Below are positions 12,404 to 24,631 of a stretch of 64,000 bases of DNA, piece by piece. Every line of letters begins with the position of its first letter. Positions within the stretch are counted from its first letter, which is position 1. The stretch lies in the NCBI GenBank assembly GCA_013265495.1, contig MU058636.1, forward strand, positions 10,267,066-10,331,065. Direction: 5' to 3'. The position numbers were made by a program, and so were the translations under genes. This stretch comes from Vicugna vicugna. Taxonomy: Eukaryota. Below the pieces are notes generated by a model that saw nothing but the letters and a program-made list of their open reading frames with translations, was not told where the DNA came from and did not search any database.

Positions 12404-15092
12404 GTTATCTTACTTCAGTAAGTCCACCCAGCGGACATATTCCCTAGTCTGTGGCCCAGAGTGGGTTTCCTCTGCTCTTTTTAATCCAAAAGGAGGCTGA
12501 GGAACTAACTTTGGCAGATGCCAGATATTCTTTCACCAAAAGTATTACACACACAAAATGCTACTAAGATCACAAAACTTTTTGAAGAAAAAAGCCTTTC
12601 TTAATAATCCACCCACTTTTATTAATTATAGTTTTTCCTCCACAAGTCTTAGAACTGCCCTGGAAAACAACATCAGCTCATTTCTCAGACAAACACTCAA
12701 TTCCAGCACTTTCTCTGTGCTGGTCAATGACCAGCCCTACCACTTTCAAACATTCTGTATTTGGAACATTTTTTTCACCCTGTGGAATCTGCAAGGTGAC
12801 AAGAGGCCTCCCCTCATCCAGGTTGGCAGTCTCTCTCCAGTGCAAGTCTGCGGCTCCCTTCCCAGGTGCAGACATTTGAAACAGAGTCAGACTTCATCTC
12901 AAGACGCTTAGGTTGAAACAGCATCTTTGGGATCCAAAGCCAATTCAAACCTCTTGTGGTGTCAAGAATATGAAGAAATTCTAATCCCAAAGGGAGTATT
13001 ATTGTCCATAATAAAAGCTGGATGTTCATTCATTCAATTCATACCAGATTCTCTGACACTCAAACCCAGGAGGGGGATGATGGCTGGGTTTTGAGCCAAC
13101 TCTTTGAGCAAAGTAAGGTAATTCAGACTCCAAAAGTATTACACAACAGAATGCCCAATCCTGGAAACATTCCGAAGCCTTTTTTTTTTTTCTTTTTTGG
13201 TTACCCAGAAATGACAAAGGAAATTATTTACTCCAGGAAGGTTTGCAGATTGGTGTGGCTAAGGGATCCAAGAGTGCATTTTTCTTATGTCTCCCTCCCT
13301 ATTCCTCCTCCTGCCAGTAACCAAGTGACAACAGAATTATTGCTAGCCATCTATTTTTTTAATCATGTGATTTTCTTACAAAAGACAAGGACAATTGTTG
13401 TTTCCAAAAAAAGGCACATGACAGTTACATGAGATTCCATACAGCTGTTAAATGCCTCTAGCCAGTCCGATTCAGGGTTTTGAAAATTACTCATGCTTTT
13501 AATAGAATACCAATTAAGACAGAAAAAAAGGAGTCAAAAAAGGAACTGGAACCTTAAAGACAATACTAATTTAAAAAACAGCCCATAAGGCTCTAAGAAC
13601 TGTTGATATTTCATAAGATACATTCATAAGAATAAATGAGATTTTCTACTCAGGGAGTTTTATCACAGCTTTACAAGTATTTCTAAACAGAATTGCCTGA
13701 CTTCAGGAAATATCTCCTTTTTACCAAGGCATTGTTTGGGTAGGTGTGGTGAACTGAGGTAGGAAAAACTATTATTTTGTAAAGGAGAATAATTACCTTC
13801 CTCTCAAAAGTTATTTTTGGTTATTTTATTTTTAAAAATATTTGAATATTTCAAATTAATTTCAAAATGTTATTTTAAAAATCAGAATGCAAAATCCACC
13901 TATTTTATTTATCTAATTCTGTTTGGTAGGGGAGAAGTGGAGACAACCCAATGACACAAGAAGGCAAAAATTACAAATGACAGTGTTTATGTCCTTCTCG
14001 GGTGAGGTTCTGTGAAAACAAATCAGCAACTATGTCAGGGTGACCAGCTGTGTCTTATTTAAAAAAAAAAAAAGAGAGAGAGAGAGAGGCTAGAACTGTT
14101 CCAGGATTGGCATAACCCAGCTGATTCTATAGACATGCAGCCCTCCAGGGGGTTAGCAGACAAACTGGCATTTCAGTCTTGTTAAGGGCAATTCTGAGGT
14201 GGGAACTAAGCAGAAGGAGCTGGCCTCGGTCCCTGAGCCCAGAGAAGAGCTATAAGGTAGGGGAAAATTCTGCAGCCCGTGGGGATGTCTGGCTGGAAGG
14301 AAAGCCAATGACTCCTTTAGGGCATTTCATCAACCAGTCATATCCCCTCTCTTGCCTTTGAATTTTCTTTGGTTGAAGAAAGTGAACAGCAGCTCCAGAC
14401 TTGTCCAAATACCTTGGGCTTCTTGGTCTGCTTTTAATTTGTTGGAATGTTGGCACAGACTGGCTCACCCAAGAGGAATGCCTTCGGCTATGTCCAGTGG
14501 CCAAGTGCACTGGACAGTTGCTTTAGGCTCACTGGGAGCTTGGTGATGACCCGAGTCAGCCAGGCCTGGCTCTGAATTTCTCAGCAGGATGGCTACAGGG
14601 CTGCCTCAGGAGGGCTACTGAAGATTATTATTATTGAGCCAGAGCTAAACACAGCCAAGTGCCTGCATTTGGAAAAGGAGTCCTGAAAGTCATCTAGCCC
14701 ACCTGTGCAAGTAACAATTCTGGTAGGAGGGGCCAGTGTGGGCTTGGAGGGTAGAGGGGGCTTTGAGCAGTACCTTGTGGACAAGGAATGGAGGAGACAG
14801 GCATTTCAGACAAAACCTTCCAGCCTGTGAAATGAGAATGGCTTCCGGGTGTGACTGGCGCATAGGGTGGAAGAGGAGATGAGCATGCAAAGGAAAGCAG
14901 GGGAAGACTTCTACGCCTCACATCAACCTGTGCTGTTCAGACAGCGGCTAACAGTCCTTCAGAAAAATAACCCTCCAGCCAGACTGCGTCTTCCAGGGGG
15001 CCTGAGTTCTCTCACCCACTGGGGGCTCTTGGTACATCCACTGTGAATTGAGGGCTCTAGGAAGTAATTAACTGAAAAAGTCATTTGCTGAT

Positions 15093-15211
15093 AGGGTGAA
15101 CATATAATTAACTACCCAAACACTTCAGAGTGACAAGAGCAGCTAGTAAGAACTGTGCTGGGCACAATCAGCCCAAGCCAGTCTTGGCCAAACCAGAATG
15201 TCTGGTCACCA
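15093..15211 (+). mobile_element. MER94-like element, second copy
   Basis: Terminal inverted ends agggtgaacatataatt ... tctggtcacc; related to 7688-7819. Confidence 0.55.
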
Positions 15212-15360
15212 CTGTTTTCTGAGCCCTTCCTACATGCCTGGCACTGTGATAGGGTCTTAGCTCAGTTCATTTGTTTCCTCAGTAACTCTGGTTGAGTAGG
15301 TGTGATTATTTCCATTTGACAAAACCATGAGGAGTCCCAAAAGCAGAACTGGCTTCTTTT

Positions 15361-15453
15361 GGGGGTGGGGGCAGAGCTCAGTGGTAGAGCACATGCTTAG
15401 CATGCATGAGGTCCTGGGTTCAAACCCCAGTACCTCCATTAAAAAAAAAAAAA
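15361..15453 (+). mobile_element. tRNA-Ala-derived SINE (camelid Vic-1-like)
   Basis: A box agctcagtggtag, anticodon arm catgcttAGCatgcatg, B box ggttcaaacc (15417-15426), then tacctccatt and an A13 tail. Confidence 0.85.
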
Positions 15454-15904
15454 TTTGGCATCGTTTTGTACTCCTTTTCCAACTACAGAATCTTCTCCTT
15501 CTGCCCTCATGTTTTAAAAACCTGTTGATGCTTAGGGCATTCAGCTACTCCCCGGTGTATCTTTCCCAGTCACTGAAATCTAATTGCCTCCTGGTTCCTC
15601 TCCCAAATTAAAGGCTTGGGCACTTGAATTTTAGACTTCCTCTGCATCCCAGGTTCTGCTGTCCCTTTTGTTGGCTCAGAAGTCTAATTTGCATGCCCCA
15701 TGCAATCTTTAGGCTTCATATTCCCCTGACCTCTTCCACCCTAGGGCACCCATCCTCACTGCTTGTCAATCACCAGCTGGCGTGACCACACCCTGGACCT
15801 TGACACAACTTCCTGTTCTCTCACTCCCTTGCTGCCATTCCACCTGTTCTTCTGTCATCCCAACTGCCAGTCCTTTAATGCCTTTGCTTTACCACACGCC
15901 CAGT

Positions 15905-16528
15905 CAGTGATGTGCTGGCAAATGTTTAATACACACCTGCAAATACATGCATAAGTTTATTATAAATTTACTGATATAAAGAATGGGTAGCACACAATCT
16001 ACAAATAATAACATATACAATAGCCTTTGTTGTGAATTCCATTTTTGCCAGGTGAACTCATTTTTGCCAGACTCTTTCATCTGTAGTCAACAGGTGGTGG
16101 TGATGGCAATTCAGCCAGGATTTGACAACTGGACTTGCATCCCAATCCACTCTTTTCTCAATACATGTGTTTTCTCAATAAATGTAGCTAACTGGTAAAC
16201 CGTTTCCCATTGTATTTATGCAAACTGGATTTATTAAACTGAAATTGCTCAGCTTCAGCACGAGCAGTGGTAGTCTCCCCCCACACCCCCCATGAGATAC
16301 AACCAGCACAAACACCTCAAGGGCAGACAAGAGCCAAATGTGCTTCAGGAGGACGTGATGACCTTTGAGTATTTACTACTTTTGTTTTTTAATGTTAACT
16401 TATTAAGCAGTAAGTTTATCTAGTTTAATTGTAAATAAAGGTGGCATTTGAAATCGGCTCACAAAATTCCTGCACACTTAAGCATCGTCCACTTGCAGAC
16501 TGGATGGTGGGGCTGCAGCACACCACTG
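15905..16528 (-). mobile_element. MER63-family hAT-Blackjack DNA transposon
   Basis: TIRs cagtgatgtgctg ... cagcacaccactg; the minus strand reads caggaattttgtgagccg...aaatactcaaaggtcatcac as in the recalled MER63. TSD not recognisable. Confidence 0.75.
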
Positions 16529-19387
16529 TGGGCCCCTCAAGGTCAGCCTCTCCTCTTTCCCCATTTTATGGGTCAGCCTAAAAAGAGCAATGGAGCTGGC
16601 GTCCTCCACGATCTCTGGGTGAACACGACTTGGGTGAGGTCAAGCAGTCTAAAAACGTCCCTCCATTTTCTTAATACGGGTCCACAGATGACTTCTGGGA
16701 AAACAAGTGTCTCAACTAGTTTGTACTAGGCACGTAACAGTTTTACAACTTACTATTTACCAAGTACTTCTAGAGTTACCGAGGAGAGAGAGGTTATGGA
16801 CTTGGGAGTCTGGGTCTGGTAAAATGTCTACACGCTCCTCTGCGTAACAGATACAGGCCTGCTACAGGAATGCAGAAGATCAGTGGAAATGAACCAAGCA
16901 GCTCTTCCACTTCCCCTGAGGTCAGTGCTGACTGTCCAGAAGCCCCACTAAGGAAACAAGTCTCCAAGGCCTACCATTACCTACGCTGACACCAACTCCT
17001 CCGTACGGCCTTTTCCCCGACAGGAGGAGACATACGCAGACATTACCTCATCCTCTAATCCTCACATCAAACCTGCGAGACACGTAGCAGAAGGTATCCT
17101 CAACTTACCTTATCTGTGGGGAAATCACTGCCCAGGTGTCAGAGCAGCTTACTGCTGCACAAACATTCCCAAGTGTCCCTGCCACCAGCACGGACTAAGC
17201 CGTGGGCATCTCTGGCTTGCTCAGGAACCATTTTGCAACCAAAGTGCAAAGTGGACAGCTCTCTATCCCAGTTCATCAGAGAAAAAGATCTGGTTTAAAA
17301 TGGCTCACTGTAAGCCCTATTCTAAACAGCTGACTCACCTAAGAGCATCTCACAGGAGCAGCAGTTTTAATAATGTTACAACCCCAAGAGGGTTTGCAGA
17401 AACCCCAGCAAGTGGCTACCATCCTAGACAACTGTGAAGTTTTAGGGGAAATCTGAACGCTGCTTGTGGGGGATCAGAGCTCATGGAAGGGACAAGATGT
17501 AAAGAATGAATAACAAGTCCTCACGGAATTGCCCTCTTTCTTCCTGAAGGATGTAAATCTCCACTTTGCACCAGGGGTTTCCAGGGCAAACAAGACTCAC
17601 TTTTCAGAGAGATGAACGTGATCAACTACTAATGTCATGAAGTTTCATTTAGCCTTTGCATTCCTGAGCCACAGAGGGAGACAGTGTCCTGCTACCAGTC
17701 AAGCTGAGAAAAGTTGGCCTAAGAGAGTTGGCCTCAATTTCCTTTTCTTCTTCTAACAGGTGAACACAGAGCCTCGCCCTCTCACAGAAAGCCTCCTCTT
17801 CCAGCCACCTGCAATATGAAATGTTCTCTTGATCTACTAGATGGCCACGTCACTCTGTAGCTTCCTCCAAAGGACCCAAAGACCTTCACCTTCAGCTTAC
17901 ACCTCAGCTGTCTCCACCTCACGTCCGGATTACCCACCACCACCCACAACGGCCTGGCCTGCCTTCCCCTTCCACAGAAACTTCACTCATTTTCCAGTTA
18001 CTTAAACTGGAAAACTTCCTAGAGACCAATGTATCTAAGTGATCACCAGGGTCATTTTCTACACCAAAATAATGAACAACAGTAAATGAGAATAAGGACA
18101 CCTACCATGAACATGAACACACCCTCACCTTCAAGGTCACGGCCCAGCTCAGCTGCAGGCTCATGACCCTTAAGAACTAAGTGATGATACAAGGTTCAAC
18201 ATCTGCTTAAGAGTGACTACTCCAGAGACGGCCACTTAGGGCAATTCGTCACTTCGAATAGCCTTCCACCTACCTAACCACACCAACTGGTGTAAGTTTA
18301 ACCAGCACCATCACTGTGACAGGTCAGCTCCAAAATGGAGAAACAATAGCTGAGGCAAAGTCCTTCAGTGTGGCAGGTCCACTGGTCAAGAAACAATCCT
18401 CGGTACACATCCTGATTCTACCGTCGGCCTCTGGTCACAGCAGGGGTCTAGATACCGTCCAAGGAAGGAAGTCTCTCCCTCTCTATTAAACACTGAGTTC
18501 CATACAATCCGTCAGGGAAACCTTTCCGCTGTGTTGCTTCCTCTCTCAAGTGATGTTAAAACTTAGGAACCGGTCTTAATAAATGACATTACATACATGA
18601 TTTTACATACACACACATTGTTTTGAAAGGAGCCTGCTGGTTTGAGTCCTGGTGATACAATCAAGGTGTTTTTCTGCATCTGGACTAGATCGGTAATTTT
18701 CAAAGTGATCTGTACACAAACCCAGGGCCTGGAGGTAGATGCTTTCACCTGTTCTACACTCTGGGCTTCTGACTATCATGTCTTTTAAAGGAAGGGTTCG
18801 CCTGCTGAAAGAAAGGAAGGGGGGAAAAAATCTGAAAGCTGAACTGATCTTCCAGTTTCTATTTAGATAAATATTAGAATAACCTATTTCCTTGTTGCCA
18901 CCTCAACATGTATGGACATTCACTTGCCTGTAAGAGTTAGAAGAAAGGAGGACGAGACTTGATCTTATTTTAAAATGCATTTTGGCCATTATTAATCTAA
19001 TTCTAGCTCATTCCTCAGGCATGTTCTGAAAAAAGCAAACACAGAAACCTCTAGTCAGCAGGCATTTAAGAAAGACACAATGCTCCCCTTTCCCGTAGCC
19101 GTCCGTGGGAAGTTGCTGCTCCCTCCACACCACCTGGTCCCTGCTAGGGGACCTCCTATCCAAGACCCCCTCTGGCCTGCCCTTCAGGTGTTTTTACCTT
19201 CAGCTTGACCTCCTTCAACAAGAGATTCGTATGACTAGTGATCACCGAACCGGATGTAGTGTCAGACATTCCAAAGATGAAATGCTCCAGGGTTGTTTGT
19301 TATCAGGGAGTCTACTTCAGCTCTCCCAGAGGGACTGTTTCCACTGCCCCCACCAAGAAATGCCAGATGTGAACACATCATAGCACT

Positions 19388-22300
19388 GTGGCTGATGAGG
19401 TTTTAACTCCTGTGATAGCCAAACACTGGGGGAGGAAAAACCCTAATAAACAGCTTACTCTGTCCAATGAGAAAAGAATGACACCAAACCATTTAAACAT
19501 AATTTATGTACATTTATGGCTTTATACAATAATAGCAAAGATTGTTCTCGTGTCTTTTAAGTACATCAGCATCATCAGGCACTTCTCAGAGAGTACTGGA
19601 ACGGGAACGTCAAATCTGCACTGTTAACTCAACTCAAGGAGCCAAGTGTGGGAGGGCGGGACTGTGTCCTGGCAGGACTGACGTGGCCGCACCTGGCCAT
19701 GTGGCCGGGCTATGCACCCCCCGCAGGGAGGAGGCCAAGAGTAATGCTAGGCTGTTTTGTTTGCATAAACCACACTGCATCTTCTACTGAATGATTACTC
19801 CCAGACTAAAACCACAAGAAAAACTTCCCATTTAAAAGTCAGTTATAAACTAAGAACTCTTAGGAGCCGAATATAAGAATTTCCAGTTGGGGACTGGGGA
19901 TCGAGGGGGAAGGGGAGGTTGGTAACATATATCCAGCAGCGGAACAAGTCCAAATTACACACTTTGGGGAACTCTTTCCATTTTAAATGTCTTTCTCCTC
20001 TTCTTGGGACAGTCTACTGATCTACTGCTCGCTGGGATATAATATTTGCTAATTAATTTAGACTTTGTCAGTTTGTCAAAGCAGAACTTTCCAAGTAATG
20101 CATCTATTACCTAAATATATTCCATACGTCTATATTACGGAAACAATACTTTATATTTAAAATATCTGAATAGCTCTATAATACAATATGCTTTTAATAA
20201 CAGTACAAACCAGAGGAAATAAATCAAACAAGGCTGCATAGGTGATATCATTTGCACATTTCACAAAGCAATCATGTACAATAACTGATATACTCATTAC
20301 TCCAGAAAATCAGTATTCGTACAGAAAAAGAATTACCAGAGGTCACATAATATTTGTTTTCAAAATAGACAAGGTGCCTTTCACTGGACTTCACTGTACC
20401 CCAGAGAGCTACCCAGCATTCCCGTTAGAATTGCAACACAAAGAAAAATTTGAAGGGAAAAGCAAAAGATATTTACACAGACTCAAGAGAAAGCAACATC
20501 TCTTTAAAAGTCACCCTATGAAGTAGTAAGATTTTTAACAGTGATTTTTAGCTAGAATTGCCTCTTCAATAAACAACAGGGTCAGGGAGGCTCATGTGTG
20601 GTGGCCAGGGCGGAGGGGAGTGGTGGGACATGGTCACGACAGAGAACACGAGCACTCTGGCCCCAGAAAGTTCGAGCACGAGTGCAGGAGGAGGCACTGC
20701 TCAGGGGAACGAGGGTTTCTAAAACCAGGTGTATTTTGGAGTGGCCGACAATGAAGATGGTTAGAGAGGTGGTTGTTTAATGAATTTTCAAAAGAGTAGA
20801 AGTCACAATGGAAGCTTACAATAGAGCTCACCTCCTGTAGGAAACCCATCAAGAACACTTGTGTCCTTGTTAAACATGTAGGAAAAGCCAGGCCAACAGA
20901 GATGCAATTCAGGGGCAAGACAAAGCAAGTGTGATGTGGGCTAAGTACACAGAAATCAGAGCCTTCTCAAGGAGGCAGGAGGAACATTTTTGTGCACCTG
21001 TTCCTTTTACTGTGCGGACTCTGGGCATTCCACATGACTTGAAAACACTGATGGATTCAATGGGACACAAGGTCAATTAACTTGGTCTGTCAGTTACAGG
21101 TAATTGGAAAATATCACATAATGAGCAGAATCATACTTTAGGTTGCTAAAGGCTAGAAAAAAGTCTCCAATTCTTAACGCAAAAGCTTTGAAAATAAATT
21201 CAAATATACAACTCACGGTTGTTTTGTTGGTTTTCAATTTCATTGCCCCAGTTTTTAAGCAGGTTCTACTCCATTTGGTAGCCATCTGTACTCATGAACA
21301 CAAAGCAATCTACAAATCACTCAAGTCCCATTTTAAAATTTCCCCCCCTTCAATTTAACTTTCCACAGAGTGCCAAGTAATCTGCAGGACAGAAGGCAAA
21401 CAGGGATAAGTGTGAGTGTGGACATAATTCTTCAAGGCAGAGATACAAAACCAACCTCCACCAAGACAGTAAGAGCACAGAATAACGAGGGAAAACTTCT
21501 GCTGAAACTCAACTCAAAAAGGTTAAGTCGATCAAAATGCCCAGCTTGAGAAAGCAGCACTGATTAGATGCAAATCTCCCCTCCTGACCTACGAATGTTA
21601 CGAGGCCCCCCCCAGGAGTATTTGATACAGTGAGCATATAGGCATCAACCAGCAGATTCAATGCTATGTGGTATGCTCAGTTCACAGGACAGCAGAAGCA
21701 GATGGGATTTCTTTAAAATACATACATAAAAACACATCAAGTTCTAAACGTGAACCGCAAAATGTCTGTAACTATACATGATTCTCCTGCCAAGACAGGG
21801 CCAGAAACGTTGAGTATGCAAGTATTAATTACAAAGATTTTAAGATTAGTCGGAAACATCACTATGTAGCATCCCAAAGTGTACAAACCAGTTAAGCACG
21901 TATAAAATTAGTACTAATCCAGTTAGAAATACAAAATGAAAATTACGGATGCTGCCTCAAGTAGCTGGGATTCCACAAATTTACAAGCAGACTATGTAAC
22001 AAAGTAGACTCTAGTTTTAAGAAAACATTACAGTTCAGTATCTATTCCAAAAATGATCTCAAGTCCCAAAGATAACATCAAAAATCATTTATATGGAAAT
22101 TAGAACCATTTAAGTCTTTGTACAAATTTGCAAATAACAAAATAAACAAAAAAAAATAGAAAAGACCTGTACAAGGCTGGCGTTTAATCTTTTCCCCCAA
22201 AAGAGTTTTTTAAGTCCATTATTTCAGCAGATTGCTAACAGGCCACTGGTTCCCAGGTGAATTCTGTGGCAATGTGAACAGGCCCAGAGCAGTCCATGGA

Positions 22301-22811
22301 GGTGCAGAATGGAGCGCCTAGTTCTTCGTGATTCGTCAGTTCAGCAGAGCACAGGCAGTACGAACGAGAGTTTAACTTGTCAAGGACATGAGACCATCAC
22401 AGTATTACAAAAACAGTATAAACTTTCCTTGGACCAAATGGATATTTAAAAAAAAAAACAAAAACGCACACAAATACAACTCTGTAGCTACAGCTTATAT
22501 ACAAAAATTGAAAGCACACCAGGATCCGAAAGTCTTTTCTGCAGTTACATGGTGTAGTGAGTTTGGCACTTCATTGTAATGAAATTTCCAATGGCACAGT
22601 CCTTATCTACAGCAGCACATAACCTGCAAACATCGGGCAAACATCCTGTACAGGAAAAGTGTCTTTGCTGCCAAGTCTGACGAAAGGAAAAAAGAAACGT
22701 GCTTTTTTTTTTTTTTAAATCAAGAAAACGAAAAGGTGGGGTGAAGGACATCTTTGGACTGCTTCTCTCAGTTCCTGCTGTCAGACAATCTGAAGTACTT
22801 TTAAGTGTAGC
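19388..22811 (-). other. FOXO1: FOXO1 exon 3 / 3'UTR (non-coding; 3' end approximate)
   Basis: Begins GCTACACTTAAAAGTACTTCAGATTGTCTGACAGCAGGAACTGAGAGAAGCAGTCCAAAGATG and ends in TTGTATAAAGCCATAAATGTACATAAATTATGTTTAAATGG, both resembling the mammalian FOXO1 3'UTR as I recall it. No recognisable transposon over 3.4 kb. Confidence 0.85.
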
Positions 22812-23279
22812 CTAGGAAAAATGCACACACACACACACAATGAAAATATAGCCAAAGTAAAATCAATTCAACTTAACATATTAGAGTGACAGTCATACTT
22901 GGGGGAGGGGGCACCTTTCTCAAACAGCTCCAAAATCATTCAATGGGGGGAAATTCCACTTAAAAAAACCCTTCAGCATTTTTTGAGTGTTATCAAATGT
23001 ATTCATTTATTTAAGAGTTACTAAAAAGATGCAACCATCTAACTGTCAAAGGAAAACTCTTTAAAGCAGTTAGAGGAAGCTTCCTTATGTTTAAGCTCAA
23101 AAGGAAAATTTATAAGCTGCAAAAAGGGCAGAGAAGGAATGATAAAAGCTGCCTTCCTGCAAGGGACGGCCAGCTGACAGCAAAAACGCCCCAACCATGG
23201 AAGACACAAGGCAAGTTACTGGGTTCCTCTCTTGTAAGTCCTGTTTTCAGAAGGCCTTCTGATATCAGGGTACTCTTAC
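22812..23279 (-). other. FOXO1: FOXO1 intron 2 (468 bp, within the 3'UTR)
   Basis: Donor GAGCAG|gtaaga with GT at 23279-23278; acceptor tttttcctag|GCTACACTTAAAAGTAC with AG at 22813-22812. Matches the known three-exon FOXO1 structure. Confidence 0.93.
22824..22839. repeat. (CA)8 microsatellite next to the exon 3 acceptor
   Basis: Read directly. Confidence 0.95.
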
Positions 23280-23293
23280 CTGCTCACTCACTC

Positions 23294-24631
23294 TTAGCCT
23301 GACACCCAGCTATGTGTTGTCGTCTTGACACTGTGGGGGAAGCTTTGGTTGGGCAACACATTGTCAAAGTTAAAATCCAACGTGTCTCCATCCATGAGGT
23401 CGTTTCGAATGATGGACTCCATGTCACAGTCCAAGCGCTCGATGAACATGCCGTCCAAGTCACTCGGGAGCTTCTCCTGGTGGAGAATGCCCATCCTGCC
23501 ATAGCCATTGCAGCTGCTCACGGTGGAGTAGCCCCCCAGGGTGTTCATCTGCATGGGGTGGGGCAGAGGCACTTGTAAAGCTGTCTTCACCTGGGCCAAA
23601 CGATTCATACCCGAGGTGTGGGGCATGGTGTTTACCGCATGGGGCAAGGCACGCCCGTTAACTGCAGACGTGGACTGAGCGTGTCCAGGGTGGGTGTGGG
23701 AGCTGGGAGTCATCATTTTGTTATGAGATGCCTGGCTGCCATAGGCTGGCATGACCGAATTAGGGCCCATCAACACATTCTGGCCAAGGACCCGGCTATT
23801 GGGTTGAGCCACCCCAGGATCAACTGGTGTCATAATGTCATTATGGGGAGGAGAGTCAGAAGTAAGTAACTCCTTCAAGAGTCCCGGTGCGCAGTTATAC
23901 TGATTCATACCTCCATAACTCGATTTGTTGTCCTGAAGCGTTTGCATAGGCATCTGGGGCAAGGGGCTCATGCTGGATTGGCCGTACGTGTATTTTTGGT
24001 AGTTTGGGCTGGGTGAATTCAGACTGGTGTTGGGCGGCGCAAATGAGTAGCATGGTGTCTGCTGCATCATGGTGCCCGGTGAAGACTGGGTTGAAACAGT
24101 TAACGATGTTGGTGATGAGAGAAGGTTGAGATTATCCAAAAGGTTTTCCATGTTCTCAGGATTGCTTATCTCAGACAGACTGGGCAGAGTAGAAGCCATC
24201 TTTGCTGCAGATGGTGGGTATACCAGAGAATGCACGTCCCCATCTCCAAGATCATCCTGTTCGGTCATAATAGGAGAAAGTCTCCCACTAATGGTACTAG
24301 CATTCGAGCTAGTTCGAGGTCGAAATGTACTCCAGTTATCAAAGTCATCATTGCTGTGAGAGCCAGGGCTTGCAGGCCACTTAGAAAACTGAGATCCCGG
24401 GCTATCCCCAGCACCCTCCTGGCCAGACTGGAGGGATGCTTTTTTCTTGGCAGCTCGGCCTCGGCTCTTAGCAAATTTACTGTTATTGTCCATGGATGCG
24501 GCTCTTCTTCTGGGGGATTTCCCACTCTTGCCTCCCTCAGGATTGAGCATCCACCAAGAACTTTTTCCAGTTCCTTCATTCTGCACACGAATGAACTTGC
24601 TGTGTAGGGACAGATTATGACGAATTGAATT
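23294..24631 (-). CDS. FOXO1: Forkhead box protein O1, coding part of exon 2 (C-terminal 445 aa plus stop; partial CDS, exon 1 outside window)
   Basis: Translation [31 protein letters not shown] is the FoxO forkhead helix 3/wing. Also present: AKT motifs RRRAAS and RPRTSS, NES-like [15 protein letters not shown], activation domain [16 protein letters not shown] and the FOXO1 C-terminus [10 protein letters not shown]. The exon starts in phase 0 after ttgcag; the ORF track's leading 'MQ' is intronic. Confidence 0.99.
   Translation of the reverse strand, partial: NSIRHNLSLHSKFIRVQNEGTGKSSWWMLNPEGGKSGKSPRRRAASMDNNSKFAKSRGRAAKKKASLQSGQEGAGDSPGSQFSKWPASPGSHSNDDFDNWSTFRPRTSSNASTISGRLSPIMTEQDDLGDGDVHSLVYPPSAAKMASTLPSLSEISNPENMENLLDNLNLLSSPTSLTVSTQSSPGTMMQQTPCYSFAPPNTSLNSPSPNYQKYTYGQSSMSPLPQMPMQTLQDNKSSYGGMNQYNCAPGLLKELLTSDSPPHNDIMTPVDPGVAQPNSRVLGQNVLMGPNSVMPAYGSQASHNKMMTPSSHTHPGHAQSTSAVNGRALPHAVNTMPHTSGMNRLAQVKTALQVPLPHPMQMNTLGGYSTVSSCNGYGRMGILHQEKLPSDLDGMFIERLDCDMESIIRNDLMDGDTLDFNFDNVLPNQSFPHSVKTTTHSWVSG

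Noticed and set aside
15361..15440. Functional tRNA-Ala gene
   Set aside because: Acceptor stem pairs poorly and it ends in an A tail with no Pol III T-run terminator; better explained as a SINE.
23280..24631. Exon 2 circular RNA driven by flanking inverted repeats
   Set aside because: Plausible by analogy with FOXO3, but intron 2 has no recognisable repeat to pair with intron 1, so the sequence gives no support.
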